From a virus: 64,000 nucleotides of DNA. Shown one piece after another: positions 26,669 to 36,414 of the stretch (position 1 is the stretch's first letter; every line of letters begins with the position of its first letter). The stretch lies in the IMG/VR virus record IMGVR_UViG_3300027861_000022, positions 1,581 through 65,580 of that record. One strand, 5' to 3'. The notes under the pieces were generated by a model. It worked only from the letters and a program-made list of their open reading frames with translations. It did no database searches and was not told the DNA's origin. The position numbers and the translations under genes were made by a program.

Positions 26669-27273
26669 AGAGTTTGGCCGGTGTATTCTTTAACGAAGGG
26701 AAGATTGAAAAGAGCTTGGCATGCAGTGTGACCAGCCACAATGTAATCATCATTGTTTGCTTTCTTTCCGCCCTGTTGGGCGCGAAAGGGGAATGTATTA
26801 CTCTTATTCATGTGCTTAGCAAAGTCCGCATGTTTCATCGTGTAAATTCGTTGAGAAGGCCATGACGACCCATCTTTAGGTGGCCGAATATTAGGGTTAT
26901 CCTTCTCGGGGTTGATGCCGACAAACCAGAAGACACCCCAATCTTTACCCACAGCAATGTGATTAAAGGTAAATGAATCTGGATCAATCAGTTTGCCATC
27001 TTTCAACTTGTTGGAACTGGCAACAGAGAACTTAATTTCTGCCGGGCTTCCGTCGATAATCCTATCGTGTCCAGTGCCATATGGCGGACTAACTTCATGG
27101 CCACCACTTTCAAGATAGGCTTGCATCGCAGCTTCTCCGAATCCGCCTTTCTGCTTTGGTCCCAGGAGGCAATACTGCTCCCAAGGGGTGCCTTCCCAGT
27201 TTGGTGCGTATGCTTCTCCGTAAAGAGAATCCATCAAATCTTTGTCTTCTTTCAGCATTTTTGTGATACACAT
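26665..27273 (-). CDS. Putative type II restriction endonuclease (PD-(D/E)xK)
   Basis: KGGFGE...HDRIIDG..AEIKFS; translationally coupled to the MTase. Confidence 0.65.
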   Translation of the reverse strand: MCITKMLKEDKDLMDSLYGEAYAPNWEGTPWEQYCLLGPKQKGGFGEAAMQAYLESGGHEVSPPYGTGHDRIIDGSPAEIKFSVASSNKLKDGKLIDPDSFTFNHIAVGKDWGVFWFVGINPEKDNPNIRPPKDGSSWPSQRIYTMKHADFAKHMNKSNTFPFRAQQGGKKANNDDYIVAGHTACQALFNLPFVKEYTGQTL

Positions 27274-27275
27274 TG

Positions 27276-27587
27276 TTATGCCCTCCCTGTAATCTTTGTT
27301 AGCGACTCGTAGATATTACTGAATTCGTCAAAGTCAAAGTCTTTTGTTTTCATCATTCGATAAGCTTTAACTGTCATCGAGATTTCATCCCCAGTAAGCC
27401 AGTCGGCCTCCTTGAAGTCCGTCTTCAATTGACGCTTCATTTCTTTTAAAGGTTCCATCTGATCTTCAATCTTTTGAAGCTCGCGAACATACTCAAGCAT
27501 CTTCTGCTCTTTCGTGCTTACGTTCTCGTCCTCCACTTCTGCATGAATCTCAACTACGTTTTCAAATATTTCCAAACCACTCGTCAT
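27276..27587 (-). CDS. T4 DsbA/GapR-like DNA-binding protein
   Basis: LQKIEDQ...LKE.KRQLK.DFK helical pattern; TTGACA-N17-TATAAT at 27620-27648. Confidence 0.5.
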   Translation of the reverse strand: MTSGLEIFENVVEIHAEVEDENVSTKEQKMLEYVRELQKIEDQMEPLKEMKRQLKTDFKEADWLTGDEISMTVKAYRMMKTKDFDFDEFSNIYESLTKITGRA

Positions 27588-27657
27588 ATGTACACACCTT
27601 TGTTGTTGTTTCTAATGTCATTATAGCATTAGTATTGTTAATTGTCAAGCATTATTT

Positions 27658-27876
27658 TTAAAATTTTGTGATTACCCAAGCTCCCTCATTGAACCACATT
27701 TCTTTGTGACACTCGAGATCGTGGCGGTCAACTATTTCTTTTATGAGATCTGAAAAACGGCGTGAATTACCACTTACAATTTTTACTGGAAGATCATCGA
27801 AGTTGTCTGTTACAAATTTCTCAATAAGAAATTCTGCATCTTCGTAATCTACTCCATGTAAGTCAAGGCATTCCAT
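27658..27876 (-). CDS. Stand-alone Smr domain protein
   Basis: LDLHG, IVSGNS, NEG. Confidence 0.75.
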   Translation of the reverse strand: MECLDLHGVDYEDAEFLIEKFVTDNFDDLPVKIVSGNSRRFSDLIKEIVDRHDLECHKEMWFNEGAWVITKF

Positions 27877-27891
27877 AATTATTATTCCGCG

Positions 27892-30800
27892 TTAAGATAA
27901 GATTCTGAAAGTTCTTCGTAGGCTGCGGGTTGAAAATCCCCACTTCTCATTATGTTCTAGCTTCGCCATGTATGGCTTGTTGACATGAATACGGTCATAA
28001 TCTTTCACACCCCAAACTCGGATACGAGTCAGAGTGTTTGTATCGTCGATGACCTCGATGACCCAAAACGTCTTGCCATTCTTTGTTTTCTTCGGTACAA
28101 CTTTGCGCGGGATGAACCAGACACACTCACAAAGTTCAGGGTCGTAGTTCGCGATCGGAGGGATGAAGGCTTCATTTAGTTGCGCATAGATCTCCGGCTT
28201 CATAACTCTGCTGAATGGGAATACTCCTGTCAGTTCGACGAGGTGACTGATCTTCTCTTCGTCTGTGAAGTCTCCTTCTGGGGCGAAGCTCGCAATGTTC
28301 TCAAGAAGGTTTTTCTCTTTCCTCGGCCGATCTATCGCAACCGCAGACCAGAAGTGTCTACCTCCTGTAAACCGGTCATCCATTAAGACATCCAAGGTGC
28401 CGGATAGGCACAAGACATCAAGACTCTTCTTGTTAAGTTTGGAGTAAGTTATGTTCTCATTGAATAAGAACTCCTCAATGTTTGCGAAAGGGCGGTGCGC
28501 CATTATCTGATCGATCGCTGCGTCTCCCAGCCCCTTGATTGAAGACAAGGGCTGGATCAACATCGTTCCATCCTCGGAGATCTCCCATACTCGTCCGGAG
28601 GAATTGATGTCAAGGCTCTTGATCCCAAGACCGAAAGACTTGGCGACGTTAATCGCTTTCTCTTTGCGAGTCTCTGGCTCTTTGTCCAAGAAGGCAGCGA
28701 GCCACTCAACCTGATAATAGTTCAGAAGCCAAGCGCATTGATAAGAAATCATGCAATATGAAACCGCGTGAGACTTGTTGAAGCCGTAGCCCGAGAAATA
28801 CTCGAATGTTTCCCACAGCTTTTCTCCGGTCTTCAGCGGCAATCCCCTTTCGGTGCAGCCCTCAACAAACTTATTGTGTAGAGCATCCTTGACTTGTGCT
28901 TCCTTGCCTGTTCCTTTCTTGGTCAACACCTTGCGAAGTGCGTTGCCATCGTCAAGAGAAATGTCTTTCCCAAGTCGGTGGGCCAATTCAGCAATCTGTT
29001 CCTGAAAGATAAGGAAGCCGAAAGTCTCTTCTGTCACCGAGCGGTGCTCATCGTTGATAAACTTAAGTCGGTGCGGGTTCTCCTTAGCCTCGACGTAATC
29101 GTTATGAACGTTCGCGCCCAGAGGTCCGGGTCGATAGATGCTTGTGATTGCTGCCAAGTCAATTAGATTTGTTGGCTTTGCTAATCGGCAAAAGTTCTGC
29201 GCTCCCGCTTCAGCGAACTGGAAGACACCTGCCCACTTCCCATCGTGGAAGATGTTGCTGTATACTTGCTGGTCATTGAAGTCCATCACGTCTGGATGAA
29301 GATGCTTGTTATAAAACTCTTTGATGTCTTTGAAGGTCGGGTTCTCAACCCCGTGGTGCCTACGAAGAATATGATAGATCGCGCCATCAATCATCTTTAA
29401 AGTCGAGAGACCAAGAACATCAAACTTAATGAAGCCCATCGGCTCAAGATGGCGGACGTTCATGCCCTCGGACCATGGAGTTTGTCGGACACCACCGGAA
29501 TTGATAAGAGGCATCCTGTTATTCAGCCCTTCGCCGACGACAATACCTCCCGCGTGACGTGAACAGGAGCGGACTTGGCCGTGTAAAGCCTCAACGTGAG
29601 TTTTAACATGGGGATATCGAGATAAGAAGGCTTTCAGTGTGTCGCTGAACTCCATTACTTCATCAAAGGTTGGCGCGTATATGCCAGTCTTAATGCCGTG
29701 CCTCATCTTTGCTGGACCCATAGCCTCGTAAAGCATAACGGAGGTCACATCATTGACTTCCTTGAATGGAATTTCATAATACTTTGAGATGTCTTTGACG
29801 AGACTCTTGAGTTGAAGGGTGTTCCAGTTAGAAATGGGGGCAACTTTATCTTCTCCCCACTCCTTAATGAGCATCTCTTTTAAGCCCATACTGTCCGCCA
29901 CATCGTAATCAATGTCGGGATAGTCTGTGGCATCAGCGCGCATAAAGCGAGAGAACTGAAGGCCATATTTAAGAGGATCAACCTGTGTAATATTCAAGGC
30001 GTAGGCAACGAGCGACCCAGCGGCAGAACCTCGGCCGGGCCCGGTGAGCATAACTTCATTGGCTTTCTGACTGATCTGATTCATAGTTAAAAAGTATTTA
30101 GAGAAGCCTCGGTCTGAAATAACCGAGAGTTCCATTCGCAAACGCTCGTTGTATTCTTCGTTTGTATGTAACCCAAGGCGCCGTAAACCCTCAATGCAAA
30201 ACTTTTCAAGCGCAGTGTCTGCTGTTTCTCCCCCTGGAATGACAAAGTCTGGAAGACGGACAGTATTGTCTGGCAAGAAGTCAGCGACTCGCTCGTGAGC
30301 GATACGATATGTATTTGTAATGGACTTCATCACCAAGTCGTCGTCGTACTCGACAGCGCAAAACTCTGAATACTTCTTGTATGCTTCCCACATTTGCTCG
30401 CCGTTACGAGGATAGAGTTCATAGCCAATTTCCTCAACGCCTTCGGGGAGCCCTGCGTTTTCATATCCGGGTCGGGGCTTGCCGAGCCACCCAAGCTTCT
30501 TATAGAGTTCGCGGTCCTTCCAAGCATCCGGGTTAGGATAGTGAGAGTCGGAAGTCGAAATCAGTTCAATACCGAACTCTTCGTGCATTTGAATGATATA
30601 TTTGTTGAGTGCGTGTTGCTCTGGAATGTTGTTCCATTGAAGCTCTCCATACCAGCGGTCACCGAAGATGTCAATCATCTGTTTGGTGGTCTCACGCATG
30701 GCGTTGAGGACCGCTAACTCGCCCTCCTCGCGGTTCTCCCAGTAATTACCGGCGTATACGCCACCGAGACAGGCGGACGCCCCTATGACGCCCTTAGAAT

Positions 30801-31311
30801 ACTTTTTTAGTGTTGTGTAATCAACACGGGGATAGCGATAATAGTTGTTTGGACCGAACGATTCGGAGATCATCGCAAAGAGATTACTCAAGCCTTCTTG
30901 GTCCTGCGCCAATAGAATGAGGTGTCGGCGCCGGTTAAGAACGTTTCGGACCTGCTTCTTGGAGGCGTCCTCGTCTTCAACTGTCGTCGCAGTGACATCT
31001 TTGCTTAGCGTCTTGCGCTTTTTCTTGTCTTCTTTCGCTGCTTCGTAGTCATCGCGCCACTCGTCGAGGGAAGGGATGAAGTAAGCCTCAATGCCAAAGA
31101 TAGGCTTGAAGTTCTTGCCGTCCTCTTTCATCTTCTTTGCGTGAAGAACTTGATGGGGCAACCCATTCATATTCCCGTGGTCGGTTAAAGCTAGGGCATC
31201 CATGCCGTTTTCAAAGGCAAAGTCCATATGTTCTTGCGGATAGCCGATGGCATCAAAAATGCTTCCAGCAACCGAGTGAGCGTGTAATCCGACAAACGGA
31301 ATCTTATTCAT
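27892..31311 (-). CDS. dnaE: DNA polymerase III alpha subunit (family C)
   Basis: PHP HAHS and TDHGN, GRGSAAGS, PDIDYD, KFDVLGL, YGFNKSHA, C-terminal OB fold; promoter at 31335-31363. Confidence 0.95.
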   Translation of the reverse strand: MNKIPFVGLHAHSVAGSIFDAIGYPQEHMDFAFENGMDALALTDHGNMNGLPHQVLHAKKMKEDGKNFKPIFGIEAYFIPSLDEWRDDYEAAKEDKKKRKTLSKDVTATTVEDEDASKKQVRNVLNRRRHLILLAQDQEGLSNLFAMISESFGPNNYYRYPRVDYTTLKKYSKGVIGASACLGGVYAGNYWENREEGELAVLNAMRETTKQMIDIFGDRWYGELQWNNIPEQHALNKYIIQMHEEFGIELISTSDSHYPNPDAWKDRELYKKLGWLGKPRPGYENAGLPEGVEEIGYELYPRNGEQMWEAYKKYSEFCAVEYDDDLVMKSITNTYRIAHERVADFLPDNTVRLPDFVIPGGETADTALEKFCIEGLRRLGLHTNEEYNERLRMELSVISDRGFSKYFLTMNQISQKANEVMLTGPGRGSAAGSLVAYALNITQVDPLKYGLQFSRFMRADATDYPDIDYDVADSMGLKEMLIKEWGEDKVAPISNWNTLQLKSLVKDISKYYEIPFKEVNDVTSVMLYEAMGPAKMRHGIKTGIYAPTFDEVMEFSDTLKAFLSRYPHVKTHVEALHGQVRSCSRHAGGIVVGEGLNNRMPLINSGGVRQTPWSEGMNVRHLEPMGFIKFDVLGLSTLKMIDGAIYHILRRHHGVENPTFKDIKEFYNKHLHPDVMDFNDQQVYSNIFHDGKWAGVFQFAEAGAQNFCRLAKPTNLIDLAAITSIYRPGPLGANVHNDYVEAKENPHRLKFINDEHRSVTEETFGFLIFQEQIAELAHRLGKDISLDDGNALRKVLTKKGTGKEAQVKDALHNKFVEGCTERGLPLKTGEKLWETFEYFSGYGFNKSHAVSYCMISYQCAWLLNYYQVEWLAAFLDKEPETRKEKAINVAKSFGLGIKSLDINSSGRVWEISEDGTMLIQPLSSIKGLGDAAIDQIMAHRPFANIEEFLFNENITYSKLNKKSLDVLCLSGTLDVLMDDRFTGGRHFWSAVAIDRPRKEKNLLENIASFAPEGDFTDEEKISHLVELTGVFPFSRVMKPEIYAQLNEAFIPPIANYDPELCECVWFIPRKVVPKKTKNGKTFWVIEVIDDTNTLTRIRVWGVKDYDRIHVNKPYMAKLEHNEKWGFSTRSLRRTFRILS

Positions 31312-31371
31312 ATATATTCTCCAAGTGTATAAGTATTATAGCACACGAGCTTCGTCGTGTCAATGATTATT

Positions 31372-31611
31372 TTATTTATTTAAATTTGCGGCGCTCATGG
31401 TCTCAAAGCCATAACTAAGGGCCGAGAGCCAGCGCGAGAAGCCATGTGCGTATACTTCAAATTCAAGATTGGCCATGCTTTTTGTGGGGCGAATGTCTAA
31501 AATCACACCACTCCATACAAAAGAATTTCTAAACTTCTTGTTTCCCGCGCCTCGGCCGAATATTTCAACAAAATCCCCAATCGTAGGCTCTGGTGTAATT
31601 AATTCACTCAC
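31372..31611 (-). CDS. Small SH3-like hypothetical protein
   Basis: IGDFV...GVILD. Confidence 0.55.
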   Translation of the reverse strand: MSELITPEPTIGDFVEIFGRGAGNKKFRNSFVWSGVILDIRPTKSMANLEFEVYAHGFSRWLSALSYGFETMSAANLNK

Positions 31612-31838
31612 GACTTGCCCCGGCTGGATGAACTCAATGTTTCAAACAGATAAAAACCGTCGTCATATGTCTTGGCGGTACCGTTGATAAAAACAGAAAT
31701 CATTTTTCTCCCAAAGGTATTGGGCAAGTCAAAGACTTCCAAAATGACCCCGGAGCCCTCGAAGCGCTGGCCAGGTTCATTGTGCTTGATTATCACAAAG
31801 TCCCCCTTTGTCATTATAGTGCTCCCGTTAACGCACAT
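31608..31838 (-). CDS. Small SH3-like hypothetical protein
   Basis: KGDFV...GVILE. Confidence 0.55.
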   Translation of the reverse strand: MCVNGSTIMTKGDFVIIKHNEPGQRFEGSGVILEVFDLPNTFGRKMISVFINGTAKTYDDGFYLFETLSSSSRGKS

Positions 31839-31907
31839 ACGAGAAAAGTTAAGAGCCCGATGGTGGGGAATACAATGAAGATTAGTATAAAGGGTATAAG
31901 TGGGTGT

Positions 31908-32483
31908 TTAAGATTCATCATCAACTCCTATTTCAAGTTTTTCTTTTGCTGCAAGAAGGCCATCGGGCGTACCGTCAAATTGAATACACAAGGGATTATT
32001 TTCAATGTAGGAAGAGGGAATCTTTGGATCATTAAGATGAATCTGTTTTATTAGAACGTCACGAAGTTCTGCATCAGAAGCCTCATCCAACAGATCCTTC
32101 AATCTTGTTGATTTGCCATTAAGGAGTTTATCTCGTTGAACTTCTTGCCAACCGTCCAACCATCGGGGTGCGCAATACCAGTGCTCATAAAACTCACCAT
32201 TCTTATCTTTATCGTAATAAGTCACCACCCAATGAATGTCGTCGGCATACGCATTATTTTGAAAACACGGCAAAGTATAATTGCGAGTAGTAGAAAACTG
32301 TCCGGCGCCGTGGTTGCCTGTTTTGAGGGTGCTCCGCTGACCCGTTTTTAGTTCTATAGATTCGCCTGTTGGAAATGTCGCGTCTGGAAGCCACTTAGAT
32401 CCCCTTCCCCCTTTCTCGGCAGCTATGAGATCATATTTTTCTATCTGGGAGGCCTCTCTTCTATTCTCTGCCTTCATCATCAA
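31908..32483 (-). CDS. PD-(D/E)xK endonuclease-like protein, probable mobile insertion
   Basis: PDATF..GESIELKT; bracketed by a 21-bp direct repeat. Confidence 0.65.
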   Translation of the reverse strand: MMMKAENRREASQIEKYDLIAAEKGGRGSKWLPDATFPTGESIELKTGQRSTLKTGNHGAGQFSTTRNYTLPCFQNNAYADDIHWVVTYYDKDKNGEFYEHWYCAPRWLDGWQEVQRDKLLNGKSTRLKDLLDEASDAELRDVLIKQIHLNDPKIPSSYIENNPLCIQFDGTPDGLLAAKEKLEIGVDDES

Positions 32484-32493
32484 CTCCTATTTC
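31914..32493. repeat. Exact 21-bp direct repeat TTCATCATCAACTCCTATTTC
   Basis: Copies at 31914-31934 and 32473-32493. Confidence 0.92.
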
Positions 32494-33351
32494 GTTCCAT
32501 TCGTGATATTTCATAAGTATTGGGTTAGGTCTTTCAACCTTTTTCCGTTCTTCGGATCCCAAATAATTGCAGTATTTATCCCAAGAGTCTATGTTGTAAT
32601 ACCATGGGACTTCAACCTTATTCTCTATATCTATTATAACAGGTTTGAAGATTTTGTCAAGTAAAAAATGGCGTGCTGACCACCTTTCTTCTTTTGGTAG
32701 TTTCTCTCTGGGATATAAGCCGTCCTCTAAAACCTCGGAATTGTACCGGCCGGTGCCTTCGCGGAGCATTCGACGACAAGCAACAAAGTCATCGCGACCA
32801 AACGTAAAAGCGAGATACTCGTTGTCCTTGACGGTCTTTCCGTTGTGGCTCAACATGAAGGGTCTTTCACTGGAGATGTCTTTTCTATGAGGCCTCAAAA
32901 TCTCCGGATCGTAGACGCCATAGGGGAAGGCTACATAGTATTTTTTTGGGACGACCCACTTGCTCAGCTTGACCGAGACCCTGAAAGCGCTGGTTGCTCC
33001 CCAAATAATACTCCAAGCGAGGCAGTCTCGTTTGCCTACATCCTTTGCGTGGACCGGAACATAGAATATGGGGATCTGTTTGCGGGCCTGCGATGGATAG
33101 ACCTCAAGGCGTCTGCCTACCCAAACAGGATCTTGAACCCATTCGCCGAGCCGGTGTCTGATCAGCGGCGTCATATCTTCATTACAGACGATCCAGATAG
33201 TCTCACACCCAGCCCAAGCGCACTCGGACACTGCGCGTTCAACTGCGAGATAGTCAGGCGCGATCGGCATCAGCGCGTCGTGCCAATCCATTTTGAAATC
33301 AAGTGGTTGCCCTGCTACAGGGATGATACCAGCCAGATGAAAACTACTCAT
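32461..33351 (-). CDS. Sugar-phosphate nucleotidyltransferase-like protein (GT-A fold, degenerate)
   Basis: GIIPVAG, LMPI, AG.ETIWIV; canonical GxGxRL is missing. Confidence 0.6.
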   Translation of the reverse strand: MSSFHLAGIIPVAGQPLDFKMDWHDALMPIAPDYLAVERAVSECAWAGCETIWIVCNEDMTPLIRHRLGEWVQDPVWVGRRLEVYPSQARKQIPIFYVPVHAKDVGKRDCLAWSIIWGATSAFRVSVKLSKWVVPKKYYVAFPYGVYDPEILRPHRKDISSERPFMLSHNGKTVKDNEYLAFTFGRDDFVACRRMLREGTGRYNSEVLEDGLYPREKLPKEERWSARHFLLDKIFKPVIIDIENKVEVPWYYNIDSWDKYCNYLGSEERKKVERPNPILMKYHEWNEIGVDDEGRE

Positions 33352-33360
33352 TTGCCCTCT

Positions 33361-33708
33361 CTATACTTTATATTTCCACCAAGCGTACAAACAGCGCGAA
33401 TCAAGATAGTCAAGATCATCATCGTTGTCGTATGCCTCTTGCTCAAATCTAATTCTGTAATATGCCTTTTGCGAATCTCGGTATTTTATAAGTCCGTGAA
33501 GAAAGTCGACAAAATAAAGAAGCAAGAAGCCGATGACCAGTAACTCGACGTATTGTCTGTGGTGGATAGTTTCGTGTCTCTTTGTGCCTTCATTGAGTTC
33601 TCCTCGGCAAAAAACAAAAGGAAAAAGAGTTATTGCCCATATTTCAATAACCCAGCTTAATAATATTGGTATCCTGCTGTTTTCAATGAAAATAGGTTCT
33701 TTTAGCAT
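33361..33708 (-). CDS. HExxH membrane-associated hypothetical protein
   Basis: AITLFPFVF, HETIH, FEQEAY. Confidence 0.7.
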   Translation of the reverse strand: MLKEPIFIENSRIPILLSWVIEIWAITLFPFVFCRGELNEGTKRHETIHHRQYVELLVIGFLLLYFVDFLHGLIKYRDSQKAYYRIRFEQEAYDNDDDLDYLDSRCLYAWWKYKV

Positions 33709-33711
33709 TAT

Positions 33712-36210
33712 CTATCCCTCAGACCATTTCTTCCAGTTTCTGTGAAGCCTCTCGTTCAAAGACTTCTCGGATTCAGATCCAGCCTCTTTTTCTAGAAAAA
33801 ACTCCGGGTTGTTCAGCGAGTTTTTCTCGCTTTTAAAGGGAAGCTCTTGTTGTCTCACACTATCTTTGTAGCTGGTTACGAACACGTTCGTGTTTTGTTG
33901 TATGAGAGCCTTATATGCTTCTTTGGCTACTTCTTCGACGTCTTTCTTTTTGATATGTTGAATCATACTCAACGCTGGAGCAATGACTCCCTCGGGATGT
34001 TCACTGGTGATTGTGAAAGAAAGACCAAGGCGCGCATGTCCTGCCCCATTGTTTCCTCGCCTCCCCACATACCTGCGTGTTAAATCAGGATACATAGATT
34101 CCTCATATACAAAACCAGGGACTTGATCGAAAAGCTTTTTCTTAAACATTGTTCCAAAATCTCTTGACATTCCGATGTCTTTGATTGCTTGATCTGTATA
34201 AAAAATATCCTCTAAACCCTTGATATCATCTATTTTAAACTCGACCGAGATATCAATATCGACTCGATCTTCGTCCATTATGACGTCAAAACTCCAATCG
34301 GTATCTTCAAAGTCCTCGAATTCTTCCTCTTCTGCCTGCTTCATAAACTCTTGGAACTTTGAGCTTTCAAGAATGCCCTCTCTCATGAGAGTTCTTTTCA
34401 TCATATTTTTTAACCACGGATCAACTTTCTCATCTATATCGGATTCAATAGCATCAGCAAATTGTTCAAATTCCTCTACGCCATATACATAGCTACTGCC
34501 AAGAGAATCCCCCGGTCTGAGATCTATGTTAAGCCTAACTTCGCCAGTCGCCTCCACATAATATGCGATTGCTCGATGATTTTCATCCCCATGGAAGTCT
34601 GCCCACATAAGTCCCCCGATATTATAAAAATCATTCGTAATCTCCACACCATAGACTTCCCTACCTTCGTTGAGGGTGTATATACCATCGGTTGTAATTT
34701 TCCCGTCCTGTCCACCCTCGTCGTCCAATTTTGGCTTGCCTACATCGAGATTCATCCACAATTCAGCATATGCGTCGATCACCGGTCCTTCACCGTAATC
34801 TTCAACATCAGCGTAGATAGTACAATAGTCATATCTATTATTATAAAATTCAACTAGCTCGGAAATCTCGTTTTCTACTTCCTCTGTCCTACCGTCTGGT
34901 ATATCAATCTCGTTTTCAGAGGAGTCCTTGTGCGGCGCGCCAACAACGCTGGGAGCGTAATCGCCAGATCTTTTGGCTTCTGGATCCAGCATTCGCGCCA
35001 GAATTTGTTGGAGAGGGTTGTCTTGATAAGTACCTCCGATCAGAGTCATTTTTCCAGCATCTATTTTTCCGATGTCATTCACCGTATACAGGTTACTGTC
35101 TACATCGTCCATATCGACCTTGGGGAGATGTTGGATCGTGCCCTCTTGGTTGTCGACTAGCCATGTTTTAAGCGTTTCATAAAAGTTTGAAGTGTCCGCG
35201 CCATATATTCGCGTATCAGGAACTCCGATGTAATATCGGTAGTCATAATCATCAAACCTCCCAACTCGGACTCTTACCCTGGATACAGGCTCTATATCTC
35301 CAATATCTCGCGCTGAGTCGCTTAACACTTCATCATCGGTGTCTTCTATCAATTGATCATTTTCTTCCTCCCAATCCTTTATCTCTTGAGTGGGGACAAC
35401 ATACGCGATTGCGCCGCCATCAATAGCCTCCGCATAAGCACATTTAACAAATGCTCCGCGCTCTCCTGACCTGGAAGCGAGTGTATGGCATGATTCAATA
35501 GCATCAAAATCAGACATTCTAAGAACGTCGGTTGGGTGCCTGCTTATTATAATAGAAAACCCAGCAAGAGCTTCTGGATCATTCTTAAAAAATCCAGCAT
35601 TCTCTTCCCAGGCTTTGATATAATAATTGACATCTGAAACATGGACACGCCGATCCATTCCCCTGAATGCTTTCTTCCCTATTTCTTTAAGTTTCTTCTT
35701 TTCTAAATCATAATCGGAATAAGCTTTATTAAAATCGTCGGTGAGCTTGTCGGAGTCCGCACCGGAGACTTTATATCGCTCAGTATGATATTTGGCTCGT
35801 TCCGCAGACAGTTTCTCGTCTGTGTCTCTCTCCTTTTCTTTATGTTTAAGAAGTCCGTTTAAAACTTTATTAATCTTGAGGGTTTTCTTGCCTTTATAAA
35901 CCTTTCCTTCATGCTCTCTTCTTGTCTCATATGAAACTGTGCCGTCTTTAAGATCAACAGTATATCCTGCTTCCTGAAACCTATTGACCATTTCGCCAAC
36001 TTTCCCGCCAACCGTTTCGAGGGGGATCACTTTTCGAAGTTTTCCACCGAAAGCTCCGTTCATCGGTAGTTCTGCGGGATCTAAATTTGAGAGAACATTG
36101 TGGAGAACCTCGATTTCTTCGGAGCTAGCCTCGTGAATAATTTTGTTTTCGTTGAGAACATCTTTTTTAACTGATGCTCTCCAATTTAAAATAAAGTTCT
36201 TCATATTCAT
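33712..36210 (-). CDS. Large acidic hypothetical protein (832 aa)
   Basis: Long ORF; no recognisable catalytic family. Confidence 0.8.
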   Translation of the reverse strand: MNMKNFILNWRASVKKDVLNENKIIHEASSEEIEVLHNVLSNLDPAELPMNGAFGGKLRKVIPLETVGGKVGEMVNRFQEAGYTVDLKDGTVSYETRREHEGKVYKGKKTLKINKVLNGLLKHKEKERDTDEKLSAERAKYHTERYKVSGADSDKLTDDFNKAYSDYDLEKKKLKEIGKKAFRGMDRRVHVSDVNYYIKAWEENAGFFKNDPEALAGFSIIISRHPTDVLRMSDFDAIESCHTLASRSGERGAFVKCAYAEAIDGGAIAYVVPTQEIKDWEEENDQLIEDTDDEVLSDSARDIGDIEPVSRVRVRVGRFDDYDYRYYIGVPDTRIYGADTSNFYETLKTWLVDNQEGTIQHLPKVDMDDVDSNLYTVNDIGKIDAGKMTLIGGTYQDNPLQQILARMLDPEAKRSGDYAPSVVGAPHKDSSENEIDIPDGRTEEVENEISELVEFYNNRYDYCTIYADVEDYGEGPVIDAYAELWMNLDVGKPKLDDEGGQDGKITTDGIYTLNEGREVYGVEITNDFYNIGGLMWADFHGDENHRAIAYYVEATGEVRLNIDLRPGDSLGSSYVYGVEEFEQFADAIESDIDEKVDPWLKNMMKRTLMREGILESSKFQEFMKQAEEEEFEDFEDTDWSFDVIMDEDRVDIDISVEFKIDDIKGLEDIFYTDQAIKDIGMSRDFGTMFKKKLFDQVPGFVYEESMYPDLTRRYVGRRGNNGAGHARLGLSFTITSEHPEGVIAPALSMIQHIKKKDVEEVAKEAYKALIQQNTNVFVTSYKDSVRQQELPFKSEKNSLNNPEFFLEKEAGSESEKSLNERLHRNWKKWSEG

Positions 36211-36404
36211 TTTCTATTCTCCGGCAGTTTTGATTCCAAAAATTCTACCAAGGACTCAATGTCAGATCCATATGGCGGGCAAAATTCTGGAACCACCGCG
36301 TGAAGCATCTGGGCCAAGGATGATAAAAGAAGGGTTGATCCCACCTCGAAGGCGTGGCGGAAATGTTCAAAGTATGTTTCATTAACGTCTTTTAAGTGGC
36401 CCAT
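36207..36404 (-). CDS. Small conserved phage membrane protein
   Basis: ETYFEH...A....HA..P motif; ACTAATTA upstream. Confidence 0.65.
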   Translation of the reverse strand: MGHLKDVNETYFEHFRHAFEVGSTLLLSSLAQMLHAVVPEFCPPYGSDIESLVEFLESKLPENRK

Positions 36405-36414
36405 CGTCTTATAA

